This document shows, one piece after another, positions 28,207-32,000 of a DNA stretch of 32,000 bases. The stretch is from assembly GCA_030055615.1 (NCBI GenBank), contig JASFYN010000001.1, positions 47,267-79,266 on the forward strand. The letters are read 5' to 3'. The notes under the pieces are model-generated. The model made no database searches and had not been told where the DNA came from. It saw nothing but the letters and a program-made list of their open reading frames with translations. Numbering within the stretch: the first letter of the stretch is position 1; every line of letters starts with the position of its first letter. A program made the position numbers and the translations under genes. Source of the DNA: Methanothermobacter sp. Lineage in GTDB: Archaea; Methanobacteriota; Methanobacteria; Methanobacteriales; DSM-23052.

Positions 28207-29397
28207 ATGGAACCAATGTCCACATGCAAACTCTTTGGAGCTATAAGAGCTCTTATAGGCATAAAGAATACCATACCAGTCATACATGGTCCAAGAGGCT
28301 GTGCATATCACATAAGATATCTCCTAAGCGTGAGAAGCGGTTCAAAGATACGAATATGTTCCACCGAATTATCACAAGAAGATATAGTCTTCGGAGCAGA
28401 AAATAAATTGGAAGAAACAATTATAACAGTGGACAGAACATACAAGCCCGATTTAATCCCCATTTTGACATCTTGTTCAACAAGTATAATTGGAGAAGAT
28501 ATCCAAAAAGTTGCAAGAGAATTAAAAGATGAGATAAACGCGGATATCATAACTATAAGTTCAGGGGGTTTTGAATCAGATCAAAGTGGAGGATACGAAG
28601 AGGTACTAGAAACACTTATAAAAGATATCACAATACCCAACCAAACTAATGAAAAAACAGAAAAACCGTCAATAAACCTTATAGGCGTCTTCAGAGGGGG
28701 TCCTGACCTTTTAAAACTTAAGAAAACTCTTAAGAAGATAGGTATAAATATAAACTGTGTGCTTACAAGTGGAAGCAGCCTAGAAGATATAAAAAATATC
28801 CCTCTGGCCCACTTAAATTATTCCTTTTGTGACATTTCAGGCATCATGCCTTGCGAAATACTCAAAGAAGAATTTGAAATGCCATTCATCTATTATCCAT
28901 TCCCCATGGGATTTTCAAATTCATTAAATTTTTTCAAAACACTCATAGACCATTTCAAATTAGATTATCCCCTCCAAAAAGAATATGATAAATTAAAACC
29001 CTCTATTGATTATTTCCACCAAAAACTCAATGGTTACAAGGCCGCTATAATCGCAGGACCCACAAGAGCCATAGCTTTAACCTCCTTTGTCAGAGAACTT
29101 GGAATGATACCCATATTAGTATCGATAGACTTGATCGGAAAATATACGCTAAAAGAACTTGAATGGGCTATCGGAGATGCAAAACCAAAGATACTCATCG
29201 AACCAGAGCTTAGAGAGATTGAAAAGTTTATAGAAAAGGAAAAACCCAACATAATTTTGGGAGGCTTAGGAGAATCATATTTTTCTTATAACTTTCAAAT
29301 TCCAGTTTTAGATGTAATGCACGGAAAAGAATTAACATTGGGCTTCCAAGGGGCCCTCAACATTTCACAAAAAATACTTGATTTAATTAAAAAATAA
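28207..29397 (+). CDS. cfbD: nitrogenase component-1-like protein, NflD/CfbD type (candidate Ni-sirohydrochlorin a,c-diamide reductive cyclase subunit)
   Basis: CKLFGAIRALIGIKNTIPVIHGPRGCAYH is the NifD/E/BchN-type N-terminal motif. The roughly 396-aa length, the absence of adjacent nifH/K/N and the methanogen context favour NflD. Start at ATG 28207, 7 nt after AGGTGGA (28193-28199), which abuts the leuA stop. Confidence 0.55.
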   Translation: MEPMSTCKLFGAIRALIGIKNTIPVIHGPRGCAYHIRYLLSVRSGSKIRICSTELSQEDIVFGAENKLEETIITVDRTYKPDLIPILTSCSTSIIGEDIQKVARELKDEINADIITISSGGFESDQSGGYEEVLETLIKDITIPNQTNEKTEKPSINLIGVFRGGPDLLKLKKTLKKIGININCVLTSGSSLEDIKNIPLAHLNYSFCDISGIMPCEILKEEFEMPFIYYPFPMGFSNSLNFFKTLIDHFKLDYPLQKEYDKLKPSIDYFHQKLNGYKAAIIAGPTRAIALTSFVRELGMIPILVSIDLIGKYTLKELEWAIGDAKPKILIEPELREIEKFIEKEKPNIILGGLGESYFSYNFQIPVLDVMHGKELTLGFQGALNISQKILDLIKK

Positions 29398-29502
29398 TAA
29401 TTTTAATAGATCAACTTCTTTTGAACCTGTGAGGAACAATATTACAAGGACTATAAAGATAGACAAAAAAATATTTAAATACTTTCTGTACATAATCATT
29501 TT

Positions 29503-29517
29503 CGAAAACTTTAAAAA
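29503..29517 (+). promoter_or_regulatory. BRE/TATA-like element (CGAAAACTTTAAAAA) upstream of the albA region
   Basis: A purine-rich CGAAAA followed by TTTAAAAA (29510-29517). A TSS about 25 nt downstream would fall at about 29538-29541, right on the ATG of the 54-codon ORF. Confidence 0.4.
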
Positions 29518-29537
29518 CCTTTAATCATAATAACATA

Positions 29538-29702
29538 ATGAATGTAATAGTTTCCGATATGTGGGGGAGAAGACAAACCCCGAATGGAAAAGCTTTCAAA
29601 TGGGACTTGAAAGACGTGGGGGTATTTCACCTCCTTGAAAGCCAGCCAATGAAAATAGGAGGCTGGAAGGTTATCCGTACATGTTCTAGAAGCAGCGGAT
29701 AA
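29538..29702 (+). CDS. candidate unannotated leaderless 54-codon ORF (alternative reading: structured albA leader/ncRNA)
   Basis: Below the track cutoff. Hand translation: MNVIVSDMWGRRQTPNGKAFKWDLKDVGVFHLLESQPMKIGGWKVIRTCSRSSG. The segment is GC-enriched relative to flanking spacer and open on both strands. There is no SD, but the predicted TSS coincides with the ATG. I recognise no homologue. Confidence 0.3.
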   Translation: MNVIVSDMWGRRQTPNGKAFKWDLKDVGVFHLLESQPMKIGGWKVIRTCSRSSG

Positions 29703-29764
29703 CCAGAAAAAATGAGAGTCCATGGACCGAAATGAGTTTAAGACATTCTATTGGAGGTTAAGTG

Positions 29765-30037
29765 ATGTCAGAGGAAAATGTTGTATACATTGGAAACAAA
29801 CCCGTCATGAACTATGTGTTGGCCGTTGTAACCCAAATGAACGGCGGAGCTGATGAGGTGATATTAAAAGCCCGAGGCAGGGCTATAAGCCGGGCTGTTG
29901 ATGTCGCCGAGATTGTGAAAAACCGTTTCATACCGGACATTGAAGTTGCCAACATTGATATTTCCACAGAGGAAATCATTGGTAACGAAGGAACAGCCAC
30001 CAACGTTTCAGCAATTGAAATCCAGTTAAGAAAATAG
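29765..30037 (+). CDS. albA: Alba (Sac10b-family) DNA/RNA-binding protein
   Basis: [20 protein letters not shown]...[24 protein letters not shown] is canonical Alba. ATG 29765 lies 7 nt after GGAGG (29753-29757). Confidence 0.93.
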   Translation: MSEENVVYIGNKPVMNYVLAVVTQMNGGADEVILKARGRAISRAVDVAEIVKNRFIPDIEVANIDISTEEIIGNEGTATNVSAIEIQLRK

Positions 30038-30063
30038 AAAAATTTTGAAGTTTTTTAGGGAGT

Positions 30064-30108
30064 GTCGGGGATTATCCATACCATTTTACATTTTTTTTAA
30101 TCCCCGAC
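30064..30108. terminator. 11-bp perfect hairpin between convergent albA and the PQQ-repeat gene
   Basis: GTCGGGGATTA (30064-30074) pairs with TAATCCCCGAC (30098-30108). The 23-nt loop ends in a T8 run. A T6 run (30049-30054) follows the albA stop. Confidence 0.45.
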
Positions 30109-30135
30109 TTGTTCATAATTAGAGGATTTTATAGA

Positions 30136-31344
30136 TTATCTGCTCAATATTTTCACACATATTATGATTCCAATTATGATTATGAACATCCCAAGAATAT
30201 AATATGCGAATATTGGCGTTGGACCTTCCCTTTTTTCACTATCAAGAGAGTATAGGTATCCATTTTCTGATGCGAAATATATTGTCTTCCCATAAACTAT
30301 TGGGGAGGACCTTATTGGTGAATTAAACAGATAATAGCCTGGTGAATATTTCCATTCTTCTTTTCCACTATATTTATTCAAAACATATAGTGTGCCATCA
30401 TCCGAACCTAAAGTCACATAATCGTCAAAAAGGGCTGCTGTAGATTTTATAGAACCTCCAGCTTGGTATGACCACTTTAATCGCCCATCCCTAGTGTCAA
30501 GGCATGTGAAGTTTCCATTATCAGCTCCGATGAACAGGCTGTTATCCCTTTCATCTATGGTGGGAGATGAATAAACTTTATCGCCAATATTGTATTTCCA
30601 CTCTATCGTCCCATCAGTAGCATTAAAAGCATAGATGTGGCCGTCATTTGACGCGACGTAAACCGTCCCATTATAGAAAGCTGGAGTCGAATAGATAGCG
30701 TCTCCTGTAGTGTAATTCCATATTTCTGTTCCGTTTTCTGTCCCAATTGCATATAATCTCCCATTTGTAGCTGCGACGTATAATGTATCATTTACAAGTA
30801 AAGGTGAGGATTTTATAGAATCGCCAAGGTAGAGATCCCATTTTTTTGAACCAGTTTCCATGTCTATAGCATAAATACGACAATCGTCCGATCCAATATA
30901 GACAGTGTCATTTGAAACCGCTGGAGAAGATTCTATAGAATTGCCTGTTTTAAATTTCCATTTCAGTTCGCCAGTTTCTGTATCTATAGCATAAAGATAC
31001 CCGTCCTTCGAACCTACAAATAAAGTGTTATTTTTCACTGCTGGTGATGACACTATACTTGCCCCAGTTTTATAATCCCAGAGGATTATACCATCCTCAA
31101 GATCTATTGCATATATTTTACCATCTAAGGATCCGATATATGCTAGCTTATTAAATATTGCTAATGAAGCATTAACTGGTCCTATTTTTGCTGTCCATGG
31201 GTGAGGGGCGAAATCACTAGGTTCTTCTAAAAAACCTGTATGTTCGGGGTTACCATGGAACATAGGCCAATCAACAGCGGACACAGGACCAAGAACAACA
31301 CATGTTATTAGGAATCCTATGATTATTTCCTTGTTTTTCATCAT
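30136..31344 (-). CDS. secreted PQQ-like beta-propeller repeat protein with C-terminal membrane anchor
   Basis: N-terminal signal/TM segment, then about 8 copies of a roughly 40-aa repeat (..G.LYAID..TG...W.Y.TG..I.SSP.v.n.TvYvgs.dG). C-terminal TM helix IFAYYILGMFIIIIGIIICV. About 10 N-x-S/T sequons. Confidence 0.8.
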   Translation of the reverse strand: MMKNKEIIIGFLITCVVLGPVSAVDWPMFHGNPEHTGFLEEPSDFAPHPWTAKIGPVNASLAIFNKLAYIGSLDGKIYAIDLEDGIILWDYKTGASIVSSPAVKNNTLFVGSKDGYLYAIDTETGELKWKFKTGNSIESSPAVSNDTVYIGSDDCRIYAIDMETGSKKWDLYLGDSIKSSPLLVNDTLYVAATNGRLYAIGTENGTEIWNYTTGDAIYSTPAFYNGTVYVASNDGHIYAFNATDGTIEWKYNIGDKVYSSPTIDERDNSLFIGADNGNFTCLDTRDGRLKWSYQAGGSIKSTAALFDDYVTLGSDDGTLYVLNKYSGKEEWKYSPGYYLFNSPIRSSPIVYGKTIYFASENGYLYSLDSEKREGPTPIFAYYILGMFIIIIGIIICVKILSR

Positions 31345-31350
31345 ATCACC

Positions 31351-32000
31351 TCATATGTCTCTATTAAACCTTATAACACCCAATACGAAGAATATGAGAG
31401 TAAACGTGAGTAATATTATGATATCGGACCATATTTCAGTGATACCGGCTCCTTTTAGTATTACAGCCCTTAGGGCATTATTTGCGTAGGTTAATGGGAA
31501 TACATATGCTAGTTTCTGAAAGAACCATGGCATGGTTTCTATTGGGTAGAAGACTCCTGATACAAACATCATTGGCATTTGAAATGGCATTATCATTTGC
31601 ATGTAATCTTCTTGTGTTTCTGCCCTTGCAGATATCATTATACCGAAGCCCACAAAACATAGGGCAGTTAACACAAGTAAAAGGAGAGTTAAGAGCATGC
31701 TTCCTTTTATTGTTACACCGAAAAGTACCATGGCAACTATGAGCAATATTAGGGCTCTTCCTGTTTCCGTTATCAGTTTGGAGATGATTTTGCCACCAAC
31801 TACTGTCGCTATGCTTGTTGGCGTCATGAAAAGTCTTGCAAGTTCTCCTGTCTCTCTTTCACCGGCGATTGAGCGTCCCATACCGCCCATACATGCGAAC
31901 ATTACTGTCATTGCTAGTATACCCGGGATTAGAAAATCCATATATTTCACATCACCGTATATCTTATCAACTTCAAAATTAATGGTGTTAATGATGCTCT
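31351..32000 (-). CDS. ABC-2-type transporter permease (5' end beyond the right edge)
   Basis: FLIPGILAMTVMF...GERE.G....l.TP and multiple TM helices are typical of ABC-2 permeases. The frame stays open upstream of the track start (...NFEVDKIYGDVKYMDF) to position 32000, so the gene is truncated by the window. Confidence 0.7.
   Translation of the reverse strand, partial: SIINTINFEVDKIYGDVKYMDFLIPGILAMTVMFACMGGMGRSIAGERETGELARLFMTPTSIATVVGGKIISKLITETGRALILLIVAMVLFGVTIKGSMLLTLLLLVLTALCFVGFGIMISARAETQEDYMQMIMPFQMPMMFVSGVFYPIETMPWFFQKLAYVFPLTYANNALRAVILKGAGITEIWSDIIILLTFTLIFFVLGVIRFNRDI

Noticed and set aside
29511-29723. 70-aa minus-strand ORF upstream of albA
   Set aside because: No SD or promoter-like element, and the composition is unprotein-like (FFWLSAASRTCTDNL...). 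The + strand alternatives (54-codon ORF or structured leader) explain the open frames better. It is kept only as the antisense shadow of that element.
29540-29750. Possibility that the structured element is SRP (7S) RNA or RNase P RNA
   Set aside because: GGCTGGAAGG...GAAGCAGCGG superficially recalls the SRP helix-8 GGAA/AGCA motifs. However, the loop geometry is wrong, there is no Alu or helix-6 part, and about 200 nt is too short. The universal RNase P GAGGAAAGTCC box is absent.
1-32000. Search for a mobile element, prophage, defence island or foreign DNA
   Set aside because: No integrase, transposase, Cas, restriction-modification, toxin-antitoxin or phage-like ORFs. No flanking tRNA and no obvious compositional break. 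The ParA gene sits with core housekeeping genes rather than plasmid or viral genes.

Overview
AT-rich, densely packed chromosomal region from a methanogenic archaeon. Marker genes point to Methanobacteriaceae: F420-dependent methylene-H4MPT dehydrogenase Mtd, fused Fae-Hps, an NflD/CfbD-like nitrogenase homologue, Alba, and an archaeal-type ThrRS with the N-terminal editing domain. I support about 32 protein genes on both strands. Many are translationally coupled or separated by only a few nucleotides. They are mostly housekeeping: argS (partial), signal peptidase, ilvD, thrS, hisB, leuA-like, trpB2, mtd, fae-hps and tetrapyrrole amidase/cyclase homologues. I found no rRNA, tRNA, CRISPR array, transposase, integrase or recognisable defence gene, so this is core genome rather than an accessory island. 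Start codons were re-picked by hand where an ATG or GTG sits 5-8 nt downstream of a GGAGG/GGTGA-type Shine-Dalgarno. Items worth a second look, most interesting first: (1) a bacterial-type Soj/ParA coupled to a 107-aa mini-ParB (ParB N-terminal activation peptide plus a predicted ribbon-helix-helix), with tandem palindromic TAACTT/AAGTTA half-sites in its promoter and a 23/25-identical copy of that element 13 kb away; (2) a GC-enriched, hairpin-rich element upstream of albA that is either an unannotated leaderless 54-codon ORF or a structured leader with mutually exclusive helices; (3) a tightly coupled ASKHA(DUF1786-like)-PHP-DUF63-like operon of unknown function; (4) a rubredoxin-hybrid-cluster-protein fusion coupled to a cupin; (5) a perfect 15-bp inverted repeat bracketing a tiny membrane-protein gene; (6) Wzy-like polymerase, GT-B and MOP-flippase genes that could serve cell-wall polymer assembly. 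All functional calls rest on motif recognition by eye. No database search was run.
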